A stretch of 29,363 nt of DNA from an uncultured virus (IMG/VR IMGVR_UViG_2061766007_000699) (IMGVR_UViG_2061766007_000699), one strand, 5' to 3'; positions 17,271 to 25,934 are shown, numbered from the stretch's first letter. Program-made: numbers and translations. The notes: generated by a model not told the origin, from the sequence alone.

Positions 17271-17537
17271 ATGACTACAGTTCACGCTATTAAGTGTCGC
17301 AAGTGCGGTGATACAATCTATTCACGAGCCGTTCATGATTTCCACTACTGCTCTTGCGAGAAGTGCGCCATAGATGGTGGCTTTGAATACCTACGCATTC
17401 TCGGAGACCCTGAGAATTATGAGCCCGTGGACATTGAGGTGAATGCGACTAGGAAAGAACTGTATTCGGATTGGGCCACAGGTAAAGACAAATTCGGCAC
17501 CATCAAGAAAGCTAAAAAATCTAAAAAGAAGGTCTAA
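17271..17537 (+). CDS. conserved phage Zn-binding protein
   Basis: AIKCRKCGDTIYSRAVHDFHYCSCEKCAIDGG..YLR. Confidence 0.75.
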   Translation: MTTVHAIKCRKCGDTIYSRAVHDFHYCSCEKCAIDGGFEYLRILGDPENYEPVDIEVNATRKELYSDWATGKDKFGTIKKAKKSKKKV

Positions 17538-17540
17538 AAG

Positions 17541-17584
17541 TTTACACAGAGTTTACATTCGGGATTGTGAAAATTATCTAGCTT
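17541..17584 (+). promoter_or_regulatory. TTTACA-N5-TTTACA-N21-TAGCTT promoter
   Basis: TTTACA at 17541 and 17552, -10-like hexamer at 17579; heads the small-ORF operon. Confidence 0.65.
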
Positions 17585-17631
17585 TAAGATTGAGGTTAAG
17601 AGAGAACTTCACCATCCACCTAGGATACACC

Positions 17632-17817
17632 ATGCTCTACATCCCCAACACCCCTGACATCCATCCCGCCATCGCCTTCTTTCAGCTGAAGAAGAAGCAC
17701 CCCTCCATTGTCGCTCTGCGGGGCTTCGGCCATTACTACCTTGGCTTTGAAAGCCATGAAGAGTTGGAAGATTGGCGCAAGGAACAACTGCACATCAAGT
17801 TCCCCTTTGTCCGCTAA
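17632..17817 (+). CDS. hypothetical protein
   Basis: AGGA RBS, MLYIPNTPD... Confidence 0.6.
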   Translation: MLYIPNTPDIHPAIAFFQLKKKHPSIVALRGFGHYYLGFESHEELEDWRKEQLHIKFPFVR

Positions 17818-17836
17818 ACTACAGGAGACCACTCAA

Positions 17837-18082
17837 ATGACCATCGCTGAAATTGAAACCGTCTACAAGGTCTTGGAAAACTGCGGCATTGAGATGAATG
17901 TCGTTGGAACTGACCTTTACATCACCACTTATGGTGAGAATTGGACTTACACCGAGTGCATTGAGGACTTCACCGAAAAGACCATGTATCAGGTGCTCCA
18001 CGAAATCATGAGGTCTGATGCCGTGGCTACTCTCCTCAAGGAAATTGAAGCGAACAAGGCCAACTGCATTCAGGAGAACTAG
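17837..18082 (+). CDS. hypothetical protein
   Basis: AGGAG RBS, MTIAEIET... Confidence 0.65.
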   Translation: MTIAEIETVYKVLENCGIEMNVVGTDLYITTYGENWTYTECIEDFTEKTMYQVLHEIMRSDAVATLLKEIEANKANCIQEN

Positions 18083-18084
18083 AA

Positions 18085-18342
18085 ATGGAACATTCCAAGA
18101 AACTGTCCGAGCAACTGTCTGAGAAACTGTCCGAGCAACTTGGTAAGAACGATGCGAGTTGCCACGCCTACGCTTTTTCTCTTTCGTTTATTGCGGAAGA
18201 AGCGACAGAAGCCATCAAAGAAGGCCGTTGGGAAGATGCTATCCATAGGCTCTTTAGACTCAGCGACAGTGCCAACTTTTTGTTGTTCAAGATTGCGACT
18301 AGCGGTAAATACAAGACCAAACAGGAGACTACCAATGAGTGA
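18085..18342 (+). CDS. hypothetical protein
   Basis: AGGAG RBS; N-terminal LSEQ/LSEK repeats. Confidence 0.6.
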   Translation: MEHSKKLSEQLSEKLSEQLGKNDASCHAYAFSLSFIAEEATEAIKEGRWEDAIHRLFRLSDSANFLLFKIATSGKYKTKQETTNE

Positions 18343-18625
18343 AGTGACGAAAAAGTGCAATGAACATACGGGCCAAACTTGGTTTGAAGTCATCGTCAAT
18401 CCTGACAGATGGTATGAATCAACTTGGTTAGGATGCAAGTTTTGCAACGATTCATATAAGTTTGTCGGTGTGGATGAAGACGAAGGATATGATATTTCAC
18501 GAAACATTCAGGACACGCTCCCCAATCTTGAGCCTGAATATCGTGAACTGTTTGTTTCGGGAATTTGTCCGAAGTGTTGGGATAAGATGATTGGAGACGA
18601 AGACGAAGACGAAGAGGAGAACTGA
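18335..18625 (+). CDS. hypothetical Zn-finger protein
   Basis: CKFC...RELFVSGICPKCWD; AGGAG RBS. Confidence 0.65.
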   Translation: MSEVTKKCNEHTGQTWFEVIVNPDRWYESTWLGCKFCNDSYKFVGVDEDEGYDISRNIQDTLPNLEPEYRELFVSGICPKCWDKMIGDEDEDEEEN

Positions 18626-18626
18626 T

Positions 18627-18839
18627 ATGAATCCCAAGAAAGAACTAATCCGCAATTTGAAGGAAGAAAGCGATTCCATCCGTGAAGAACTTTTGTATAT
18701 AACTAAATTCGTTGAAAATGGAGAGTTTAAGAGAGCGTTGGAATGCGTTGAAGCCATCCATCAACGAGCGGATGACATGGAAGGATGGTTTTCGGATTAC
18801 TATGAACAAAAGAAAGAAGAGGAAAACAACAATGGCTGA
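18627..18839 (+). CDS. hypothetical protein
   Basis: GAGGAG RBS, MNPKKELI... Confidence 0.6.
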   Translation: MNPKKELIRNLKEESDSIREELLYITKFVENGEFKRALECVEAIHQRADDMEGWFSDYYEQKKEEENNNG

Positions 18840-19236
18840 CATCATCTCCTACCGTGATTGGCTTGCCATGAACTGCACCGAGAATGCAGAGGAAGCCAAC
18901 GAAATCCTAGAAGAAAAAATCAGCGAACTTCTAGAGAAGAATGGCTACAAGAACGATTATGGGCCGGGTATGTTTCATGTCAGTGACATAGGATGTGAAG
19001 TTACTGTTACACCGATTTGCGGAATGATTGCTGAAGTCAAGATTTCCAAGAGAAACTATTATTCGGGATATGAGGAGCCGGAATGGGAGGAACAAATCGT
19101 CCGTATCCACGAGTCCGAAGCGTTCTATACGGAAAACTATCTCCTGTGCGACATTCCTACTAGATTGGCACACGCTGTCCTCAATGTTGTAAACCATGCC
19201 TTTGGAAAGAAAAAGGAGAATCCTTATGGATGCTAA
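18832..19236 (+). CDS. hypothetical protein
   Basis: GAGG RBS, MADIISYRDW... Confidence 0.6.
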   Translation: MADIISYRDWLAMNCTENAEEANEILEEKISELLEKNGYKNDYGPGMFHVSDIGCEVTVTPICGMIAEVKISKRNYYSGYEEPEWEEQIVRIHESEAFYTENYLLCDIPTRLAHAVLNVVNHAFGKKKENPYGC

Positions 19237-19489
19237 GAACAGAATTGTCAAAGAACATCTGAATTATGCGCTGAAGATTACAGCCATTGCCGTCAAACAC
19301 GCAACTGAAGGTCTCAATGAATCCAAAGACCTGTTGCACAATATGGCCACTATCGTTTCAGTAAACGAAGATTTTTGGAACGAATTGACCGAGGCCAAGT
19401 GGATTGTAGACGAGTTCACCACGATGATGTTCCGTATCAAAAACTTGCGCACAGAACTTGCACAGCGATATAGGTCTTACGAGGACTGA
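19226..19489 (+). CDS. hypothetical protein
   Basis: AAGGAG RBS, MDAKNRIV... Confidence 0.6.
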   Translation: MDAKNRIVKEHLNYALKITAIAVKHATEGLNESKDLLHNMATIVSVNEDFWNELTEAKWIVDEFTTMMFRIKNLRTELAQRYRSYED

Positions 19490-19491
19490 TT

Positions 19492-19809
19492 ATGTATACC
19501 GAAATTAGCGATGCCACTATAATGACAAATAGGAAAGAGCCGATTGACATCATGGAAATCGGATGTGCGTTCGCTCATGCTGAAACAATCACTAGACGAG
19601 ATAGAGAGTTCATCTCCCATGATGAGCTATGGCAAATCAATGACCTTCTCAGCAAAGTGACTGATGTGTTTGTTGCCATCCATGAATTGTCTTTGGTAGC
19701 GAACGAACTGAACAACAACTATCATAAGGCAGATACCGCTAGCGATTACCATAAGCATTGCAATTGTGCCGCCTGTATCAATAGGAATGAAAAGAATGCT
19801 AAAGACTAG
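19492..19809 (+). CDS. hypothetical protein
   Basis: GAGG RBS; coupled to its neighbours. Confidence 0.6.
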   Translation: MYTEISDATIMTNRKEPIDIMEIGCAFAHAETITRRDREFISHDELWQINDLLSKVTDVFVAIHELSLVANELNNNYHKADTASDYHKHCNCAACINRNEKNAKD

Positions 19810-20617
19810 ACAGCTCCATATCGTCAAAGAAACCTTCGGAGGTAGCAAAGACGAGCCGTGGGGTTATTACTTTTGGGAAGACAACGAAAAACCCCGCCAT
19901 GTATATACCGCATTTTGCTATAAGCGTGGCCATGCTACAACTGTTTGCGCTAAAGATTTGGATGTGCATGTGAAGTGTGAAGCCTGTGCAGAACTAGACC
20001 AAGACGATGGTGGAATAATGACAGGGCTTTCAGGTATGGTCAAGGATGTTCAGTTTGACGATGACGAGGCAACGCAATTCGTTCTAAATTTCAAAAGTCA
20101 ACACAAATACATGCCGTTTAAAGACGAGGTATTTCTCAAGGCGTTGGACAATCTTATCGCAAAGAGGGATAACAAGGTGATTATTGAAGAAGACAACAAC
20201 AAGATGATTATTGAAGCAGACAACAAAAAGGATGACGAGTTCTTTAAAAAGCTATCTGAGCCAACTATTGATTGGAACATTTGGCACGATGCCTTCATGA
20301 ACGCCTATGAACAGATTGACTTCGTTAAATGCGCCAAGGCAATTCTGTATTACAAATCCCTTAGTTGCGAAACATCCAAAATCAAAGACCCCGATAGCAA
20401 CGAAGAAGTTGACAAGATGGTTTGCAAACTGAAGGAATCTGTAAATTCAAATACCAAGAGAGCCGTAGAGTCATTGATGTCTCCCGATTACAAATCGGAG
20501 CCATGTAGCAATTTCTCTTCAGGGCATGTCGGAGTTACGGCATGGAAATCTGTAGAGGGTGAAGAAGCGGCCATCAACATTCAAATTTATCTTTTTAATA
20601 CAATCTTATCTTTTTAA
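19787..20617 (+). CDS. hypothetical protein
   Basis: Long ORF; the start may be 19787 or 19796. Confidence 0.65.
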   Translation: MKRMLKTRQLHIVKETFGGSKDEPWGYYFWEDNEKPRHVYTAFCYKRGHATTVCAKDLDVHVKCEACAELDQDDGGIMTGLSGMVKDVQFDDDEATQFVLNFKSQHKYMPFKDEVFLKALDNLIAKRDNKVIIEEDNNKMIIEADNKKDDEFFKKLSEPTIDWNIWHDAFMNAYEQIDFVKCAKAILYYKSLSCETSKIKDPDSNEEVDKMVCKLKESVNSNTKRAVESLMSPDYKSEPCSNFSSGHVGVTAWKSVEGEEAAINIQIYLFNTILSF

Positions 20618-20628
20618 TACAATCTTAT
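20587..20628. repeat. 19-bp perfect tandem duplication at a gene junction
   Basis: TTATCTTTTTAATACAATC x2 + TTAT. Confidence 0.9.
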
Positions 20629-21211
20629 GAGCGAACAGAAGATATTTTGTTTTAGCGCACAGGATTTCAAAGAGTTCATGATTGCTAGAGATTGGCATAA
20701 CAAGAGTCTGCCGTCTTCTGTTGCTTGCATAGAAATCCTTTGCACACCTGATGTAGTTGAACATTACTCATACTTCGGATTGGCTGACAAAGCGTGGTTT
20801 GATGAAAAAAAGAGTTCAGGGCCGCTACCTGAAAATGTCCTCAAGGTTTACTTTGATGACATCACCGAAGAGAAGCGAACTATAGGCAATGGGAAATACG
20901 CTCATGGTATTTCCGAAGACACCGCTTTGAAAATCGTAGACTTCATTCATTTCCATAAGGACAAAGATTTCTACATTCGCTGTCATGCGGGGAAATCTAG
21001 AAGTCTCGCTGTTGGTGCCTTCATCATGACCTTGGATTGGAACAGGGATTATGATACCATCCCATTCAATCTGAAAAACAACATGAGTTTGAATTGGTAT
21101 GTCTTCTCCAAGTTGGTTATTGCAAATCTCAAGCGTGAAGAACTTTTGTATTTCAAGCAAAAGTTGGAATCGCTGTCAGAAAGCGGAGATTTGTCAAAAG
21201 AATACGAATAG
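20627..21211 (+). CDS. protein-tyrosine/dual-specificity phosphatase-like protein
   Basis: CX5R motif RCHAGKSRS; upstream LKVYFDDI and ALKIVDFI. Confidence 0.78.
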   Translation: MSEQKIFCFSAQDFKEFMIARDWHNKSLPSSVACIEILCTPDVVEHYSYFGLADKAWFDEKKSSGPLPENVLKVYFDDITEEKRTIGNGKYAHGISEDTALKIVDFIHFHKDKDFYIRCHAGKSRSLAVGAFIMTLDWNRDYDTIPFNLKNNMSLNWYVFSKLVIANLKREELLYFKQKLESLSESGDLSKEYE

Positions 21212-21221
21212 GAGGGCTTAT

Positions 21222-21785
21222 ATGGCTTCAGATTTCTCCAAGCAAATAAAGACTGCGGAAACAGATGAATGGTATACTAAACCACAAGATGTTGAGCTAA
21301 TTTTACCATATCTTGAAAAGCGTGGCTACAAAAAGATTTTATGTCCGTTTGATAAAGAAGATTCTGCGTTTGTCAAAGTGTTGAATAGGGGGTATCAAGT
21401 AACATACGGCCATTTGGAAACAGGAAACGATTTCTTTAAGCGGAAAGATTTGAATGAATTTGATGCCGTGGTCTCTAATCCTCCATTTTCAAAGCGGCAG
21501 AAAATCTTGGAGCGGCTTTTCACAGTCGGGGTTCCGTTCGCGCTCATTATGAATTTCAATGGCTTGTTTGATGCGCAAAGCAGATGGCGGTTGTTCAAGG
21601 AAAATGACTTTGAGTTGCTCGTTCCTAAAGGGCGGATGCATTTCTGTAGGAAAGATGGATATGAAAATTCCCCCAATTTCCAGTCCGTCTATGTTTGCCA
21701 CGGATTTGGGGACCGGCAAATAGAGTTCATTGAGACAAAAAAAGAAAACCAAATTGAATTTGTATGTAGAATAGAGCAATCATAA
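21222..21785 (+). CDS. phage N6-adenine DNA methyltransferase
   Basis: DEWYT, ILCPFDKEDSAFV, GNDFF, VVSNPPFSKR; GGAGG RBS. Confidence 0.8.
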   Translation: MASDFSKQIKTAETDEWYTKPQDVELILPYLEKRGYKKILCPFDKEDSAFVKVLNRGYQVTYGHLETGNDFFKRKDLNEFDAVVSNPPFSKRQKILERLFTVGVPFALIMNFNGLFDAQSRWRLFKENDFELLVPKGRMHFCRKDGYENSPNFQSVYVCHGFGDRQIEFIETKKENQIEFVCRIEQS

Positions 21786-21821
21786 AAAACAGGGCTGACC
21801 AAATCGGTCAGCCCTGTTTTT
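21785..21821. terminator. bidirectional intrinsic terminator
   Basis: AAAAACAGGGCTGACC-AAATC-GGTCAGCCCTGTTTTT between convergent gene blocks. Confidence 0.9.
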
Positions 21822-21835
21822 ATATTCAAACAAGT

Positions 21836-22059
21836 TTAATACCATTCATCGTAGAATTTTCCTTTACCATATTCTATGTCATACCATCCTGTAAACATGT
21901 CAGGTAGCTTTCAATAGAATAACCATATCCTTCTTCGTCAGGAACTACAACACGAGATATTCCATCTTTGCGCATTTGTTCCCAACATTTGTTGCATTAC
22001 TTAAAATACTCGTCTTTACTTTGCATATTTTCAAATTCGGGAATATATCGTTCACTCAT
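21836..22059 (-). pseudogene. degraded small ORF (in-frame TAA plus frameshift)
   Basis: AGGAG RBS, then MSERYIPEFENMQSKDEYFK*CNKCWEQMRKDGISRVVVPDEEGYGYSIE; a shifted frame gives PDMFTGWYDIEYGKGKFYDEWY*. Confidence 0.55.
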
Positions 22060-22092
22060 ATCAACTCCTATTATTAAATGATTCAAACAAAG

Positions 22093-22158
22093 TTAGCGTG
22101 TCCGCAATGCGACATCTTCCGCCATCAACTCTTCTTTCCACTTCTCAAAATATGTCAT
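22093..22158 (-). pseudogene. truncated MTxFEKWK-family peptide
   Basis: MTYFEKWKEELMAEDVALRTR*, similar to the N-terminus of 26493 (MTNFEKWKQNIVPEDIALW). Confidence 0.6.
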
Positions 22159-22405
22159 GCTTAACCCCAAAATTCAAATCTGACAGTAACAATCCAACAG
22201 AGTCCATCAACGCATCGGCCAAGTCAACGCACTTTTTCGCATTTGCAAGTTTATTCCACATCCTGTCAGAATATCCACAAGACATTGCGAACGAAAGATT
22301 GCTGACAATAGCTTCAATCTCTCTTTTGTTCTTCACTTGCTTTTCATATAAGGACTTGAGCATTGGCATAGTCCTCTCAATCTCTTTCAGTGCAGATTTA
22401 TTCAT
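22145..22405 (-). CDS. hypothetical protein
   Basis: GAGGAG RBS, coupled to its neighbour. Confidence 0.65.
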   Translation of the reverse strand: MNKSALKEIERTMPMLKSLYEKQVKNKREIEAIVSNLSFAMSCGYSDRMWNKLANAKKCVDLADALMDSVGLLLSDLNFGVKHDIF

Positions 22406-22584
22406 GACTCCTCCTCTGACAGGTCAATGATGAGTGAACGCACTTTCTTTGCCTTGTCCAAAAACTCCTCTGCATTTGCCGATTGGGCATACTCAAACGG
22501 GTCACTTAGTGATAATCCCGTTCCCCACCTTTTGAGAAATTCGTAAATGTCAAACAGCCGTTCGCTAATTTCACGCTTCGTCAT
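22402..22584 (-). CDS. hypothetical protein (MTKREI family)
   Basis: GAGGT RBS; N-terminus shared with 27278 and 28462. Confidence 0.65.
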   Translation of the reverse strand: MTKREISERLFDIYEFLKRWGTGLSLSDPFEYAQSANAEEFLDKAKKVRSLIIDLSEEES

Positions 22585-22599
22585 TATGTTACCTCTTGT

Positions 22600-22818
22600 T
22601 CAAATCCCTTTTTCTTCTACCTTCTTCCACCATTCCTCATTGGCTTCTTCCTTCATCCATTCGGTATGAGCCTGAATACATCCATCATATCCATCATTTA
22701 ATTCCTCACACCGTTTCTTGCAAGGACAATTACCACACCAATACGGATAGCCTTCGGACATCGCCTCACCCGCAGATTCGGGTGTCCAACTTTCCTTCCA
22801 CTTCTCAAAGTTAGTCAT
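22600..22818 (-). CDS. MTNFEKWK-family Cys-rich small protein
   Basis: MTNFEKWK...CGNCPCKKRC...C..AHTEW. Confidence 0.7.
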   Translation of the reverse strand: MTNFEKWKESWTPESAGEAMSEGYPYWCGNCPCKKRCEELNDGYDGCIQAHTEWMKEEANEEWWKKVEEKGI

Positions 22819-22821
22819 TTT

Positions 22822-23001
22822 TCACCTCCCAAAGAAGAGCCACACCATCAGCCTGATGTAGCCAAGGAAAGATGGCAACAGCACAGCGAACGCAACGGTG
22901 AAAACCAAAACCGTCCGAAGTCTGTCAATGAAAAGTCTTCGTTCCCAATCAACAGAATACATCCACTTCAGAAGTCTAGTGTTGAAAAGCCATTCTTCCA
23001 T
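22822..23001 (-). CDS. small membrane protein (59 aa, not in ORF track)
   Basis: GAGGAG RBS; MEEWLFNTRLLKWMYSVDWERRLFIDRLRTVLVFTVAFAVLLPSFLGYIRLMVWLFFGR*. Confidence 0.6.
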   Translation of the reverse strand: MEEWLFNTRLLKWMYSVDWERRLFIDRLRTVLVFTVAFAVLLPSFLGYIRLMVWLFFGR

Positions 23002-23316
23002 TTACTTGTTCTCCTCTTTGGTTTCGGGTTTGTCTTCTGCTTCTTCGTTAGCTATAGCGACTACAGCCGAATCGCCACCAACATCATAGACACATCGCTT
23101 GACTTCTATCTCATCCACCACATATTCGTATTCCCATTTACAATCACTGTAATCATATCGTTTGCCAATAATTTCTTTCTTGATTTCCTTAGAAATCTTG
23201 AGCAACGGACACAATTTGTTGCAAGCCAAATCACCCTTGGTCGATTTAAACTTAAATCTATCACAGCATAGTCGCTTGAAGTCGCTAGAAATCCGATACA
23301 AGTCATATTTTGTCAT
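23002..23316 (-). CDS. hypothetical Cys-rich protein
   Basis: GGAG RBS before ATG 23316; first gene of the minus-strand operon. Confidence 0.65.
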   Translation of the reverse strand: MTKYDLYRISSDFKRLCCDRFKFKSTKGDLACNKLCPLLKISKEIKKEIIGKRYDYSDCKWEYEYVVDEIEVKRCVYDVGGDSAVVAIANEEAEDKPETKEENK

Positions 23317-23349
23317 GCAATCAGTCTCCATTTGAAGGTCTAATGAGAG

Positions 23350-23552
23350 AATATAGCAAAAAATCCGCCACAAAACGAAGAAAATCTCGGAAAATTTGCT
23401 CAAACATGGCAACATAAACAAAAATTCTGTTTATGTCAAGCAAATTTTCGTAAAATTTTGCCAAAAGTATACCAAATCCGCCATACATTTGACAGAAAAA
23501 CCGAAAATTTTTACGATTTCCTATTGACAAACGGCCAAAAATGACTTATATT
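23350..23552. promoter_or_regulatory. divergent sigma70 promoter cluster with palindromic operator-like site
   Basis: Plus strand: TTGACA(23489)-17-TACGAT and TTGACA(23524)-17-TATATT. Minus strand: TTGACA(23439-34)-17-TATGTT and TATATT(23355-50). Inverted repeat ACATAAACA-N7-TGTTTATGT at 23412-23436. Confidence 0.75.
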
Positions 23553-23590
23553 TGAAATAGAAACCTAGAAAAACCGAGAGGAAACTCCAA

Positions 23591-24517
23591 ATGAAGCGCA
23601 TTTTCACCATTCTGACGGCCATTCTGCTCGTCTCTTGCACCGATTCCCCGTTGGAATCGGAATCCTATGATATTCCGCTCCTCCAAGACCAACAGGAGCC
23701 GTGCACACCGTCTTTCATCGCTCAAGACGAAGACCAAAATCTTTTTGTCTGCTCGTCTGACAGCGTGTGGAAGCCTGTTGCTCAGGAGCCTGACACAATT
23801 TGGCGAATGGAAACGGACACCATCACCAATACCATCACTGACCTCAAGACTGACACGCTGATTTTCCACGATACCATCTACACCGTTCTCGCCCGTTGCG
23901 GAAACAGGAACTATGACACCACTTATCAGTTCTGCGACCTCAGGGACAGCACGATTTACGAATGGGTCAGGATTGGCAACAAGGTTTGGATGGCGGAAAA
24001 TCTCAATTACGGAGACACGGTGATGACATCCCAAAGTCTGCCGTTCTTCGGACAGAAGTATTGCTATCAAAACAATCTGAAGAATTGCGAGGAAGATGGG
24101 GGTCTGTATCCTTGGAGAGCCGCCATTGACACCGCTTCTTTCGTGGAAGGACAGAAAGTCATCAGAGGTGCGTGTCCGTATGATTGGCATCTCCCTGACT
24201 CTTCTGAATGGGCTGACTTTGCGGATGTCATTGAACGCATGGGAGGTATCAAGACGGCCAAATCTACCGAAGGATGGACAGACAACACCCCTGTTGAACT
24301 GAAGGGAACCAACGAATCGGGTTTCAATGCTCGTGCGGCGGGGCGTTGGGATGGGTCTCTGACTCGCCCGTGGAACTCAAAGGGCGAAGGAACNNNNNNN
24401 NNNNNNNNNNNNNNNNNNNNNNNNNNNNNNNNNNCCGATACCTCCATCGGTTTCAACTACAACACGCTGTCTAGGAGAGTTGAATCCTACTCCATTCGCT
24501 GTGTGAGGGATTACTAA
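23591..24517 (+). CDS. lipoprotein with Fibrobacter succinogenes major paralogous (FISUMP/Fib_succ_major) domain
   Basis: Lipobox LLVSC; DLRDSTIY..VRIGNKVWMAENLNY, YCY.N...NC...GGLYPW..A, RGACP..WHLP...EW, GTNESGFNA..AG, SIRCVRD. Confidence 0.88.
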   Translation: MKRIFTILTAILLVSCTDSPLESESYDIPLLQDQQEPCTPSFIAQDEDQNLFVCSSDSVWKPVAQEPDTIWRMETDTITNTITDLKTDTLIFHDTIYTVLARCGNRNYDTTYQFCDLRDSTIYEWVRIGNKVWMAENLNYGDTVMTSQSLPFFGQKYCYQNNLKNCEEDGGLYPWRAAIDTASFVEGQKVIRGACPYDWHLPDSSEWADFADVIERMGGIKTAKSTEGWTDNTPVELKGTNESGFNARAAGRWDGSLTRPWNSKGEGXXXXXXXXXXXXXXXDTSIGFNYNTLSRRVESYSIRCVRDY

Positions 24518-24530
24518 AATTCCTCAAAGT

Positions 24531-24579
24531 CAGAGTTTACACAGAGTTTACAATTCTTCGTCTTGGGAATTGCTACTAT
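24531..24579 (+). promoter_or_regulatory. CAGAGTTTACA x2 -N21-TACTAT promoter
   Basis: Perfect 11-bp tandem repeat 24531-24552, -10-like TACTAT at 24574. Confidence 0.7.
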
Positions 24580-24610
24580 TGGAGATAGTCCTTCATAGGA
24601 GAAACTTCAA

Positions 24611-24811
24611 ATGAGAGTCAAACTCGCCTGTGCTCTGCTCACCCTCTCCATCAAACTTCGTCACCTGAAGTTGGAATGGATTGCGGGTGTCATTATGGAC
24701 ATTTCCGAAAAGATTTACGCATCCTACATGGAAAAGGCCACTACCGATTACTATTACAGGAAATCTCTGAATGAAATGATGGAGAACTTCTGTGAAAAAC
24801 CAAGCAGATGA
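24611..24811 (+). CDS. hypothetical protein
   Basis: AGGAG RBS. Confidence 0.6.
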   Translation: MRVKLACALLTLSIKLRHLKLEWIAGVIMDISEKIYASYMEKATTDYYYRKSLNEMMENFCEKPSR

Positions 24812-25196
24812 GAAAAAAATGTCCTATGAAGAATATGCGGACTCTTTGATTAAGGCACGCAAAGAGGCGGAAGAACGAGCTGAGAAACGCCAAGAGGAAG
24901 TTGCGAAGTTGCGTGCGGAAGTTGAGCCGAAAATGCGTGCGCTTTGCTCTGCGTTCAGAGCTCACCGTATATGTGTAGCATGTCCCGCTTATCTTTACAA
25001 TTTTCAAAAGAAATGCAAGGTGTGCGAGTTGGAGGAACTGCTGAAAAACAATCCTGAATGGATTGTGCGTTTTCTCAAGCGAACCCCTGATAATGACCCG
25101 TATGAATCGTCATCAATCATTGCCATTTCCAAAGAGAAAGAACGTCTTGACAAATCTAATGGCGGTGACAAAATAACGAAGCCGGAGGAGTTCTAA
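24792..25196 (+). CDS. hypothetical protein (CxxCP...CxxC)
   Basis: Coiled N-terminus followed by a Cys cluster. Confidence 0.6.
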   Translation: MKNQADEKKMSYEEYADSLIKARKEAEERAEKRQEEVAKLRAEVEPKMRALCSAFRAHRICVACPAYLYNFQKKCKVCELEELLKNNPEWIVRFLKRTPDNDPYESSSIIAISKEKERLDKSNGGDKITKPEEF

Positions 25197-25197
25197 A

Positions 25198-25473
25198 ATG
25201 GGAAACATTGACCGCCCTAAACTTGCAATTATTGGGATTTTGCGTGGTGCTCAATCCGCTCAACTTTTCTGCGACATTGCTAAAGAAGTTTCTGACCTAA
25301 AACAATTTGAAGACGATGTAATCAAAATGAGTTCCGTGTTGGAAAAAATCATTGACAAATCGGCGGACATCCTTGACACGATTGAAGCGCAGAATGCCGC
25401 AGAATGTGGGTTTGAATACACCTCCTATCGCAAAGGGGCGGGGACAGGTGAAATAAAGGAGGACAAGAAATGA
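25198..25473 (+). CDS. hypothetical protein
   Basis: GGAGG RBS. Confidence 0.62.
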   Translation: MGNIDRPKLAIIGILRGAQSAQLFCDIAKEVSDLKQFEDDVIKMSSVLEKIIDKSADILDTIEAQNAAECGFEYTSYRKGAGTGEIKEDKK

Positions 25474-25934
25474 CCAACTGTGAGAACATAGAGCGAAAAA
25501 ACACGATTGACTTTTGGCTTTTTGGACACTTTGCCAACGAAGTGAACGATAAGGCGAAAGAGGTGAGCGACCAACATTTCTTGAATGGAATGGATTGGGA
25601 AGAGCACCGCCCGAAAATGCTCATTCAAAGTCCGTGGGAGGATGAATGTGCCATTTTTGAAAAGCTCCGTTCGCCTGTTTTGTCTTCAGATGGCGCATAC
25701 AAAACATCTCTTGAATACGCACTCATCACTGTTATGAACGAAGTGCACCATATTCTAGAAGATGTGAGCGAATTTGACGAGGCCACACCAAAGGATTTCC
25801 GAAAAGCTATCGCAAAAGCACTGTATACGATAGACGATGTTGAGATTAAAGCGAAGGAAAAATGGGAACGAATGGTAGAAGCTAGGGCATTATACAAAGC
25901 GCAACATCCAAACGAGGAAGCCAATGATGCGTAA
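25470..25934 (+). CDS. hypothetical protein
   Basis: GGAGG RBS, ATGA coupling. Confidence 0.65.
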   Translation: MTNCENIERKNTIDFWLFGHFANEVNDKAKEVSDQHFLNGMDWEEHRPKMLIQSPWEDECAIFEKLRSPVLSSDGAYKTSLEYALITVMNEVHHILEDVSEFDEATPKDFRKAIAKALYTIDDVEIKAKEKWERMVEARALYKAQHPNEEANDA

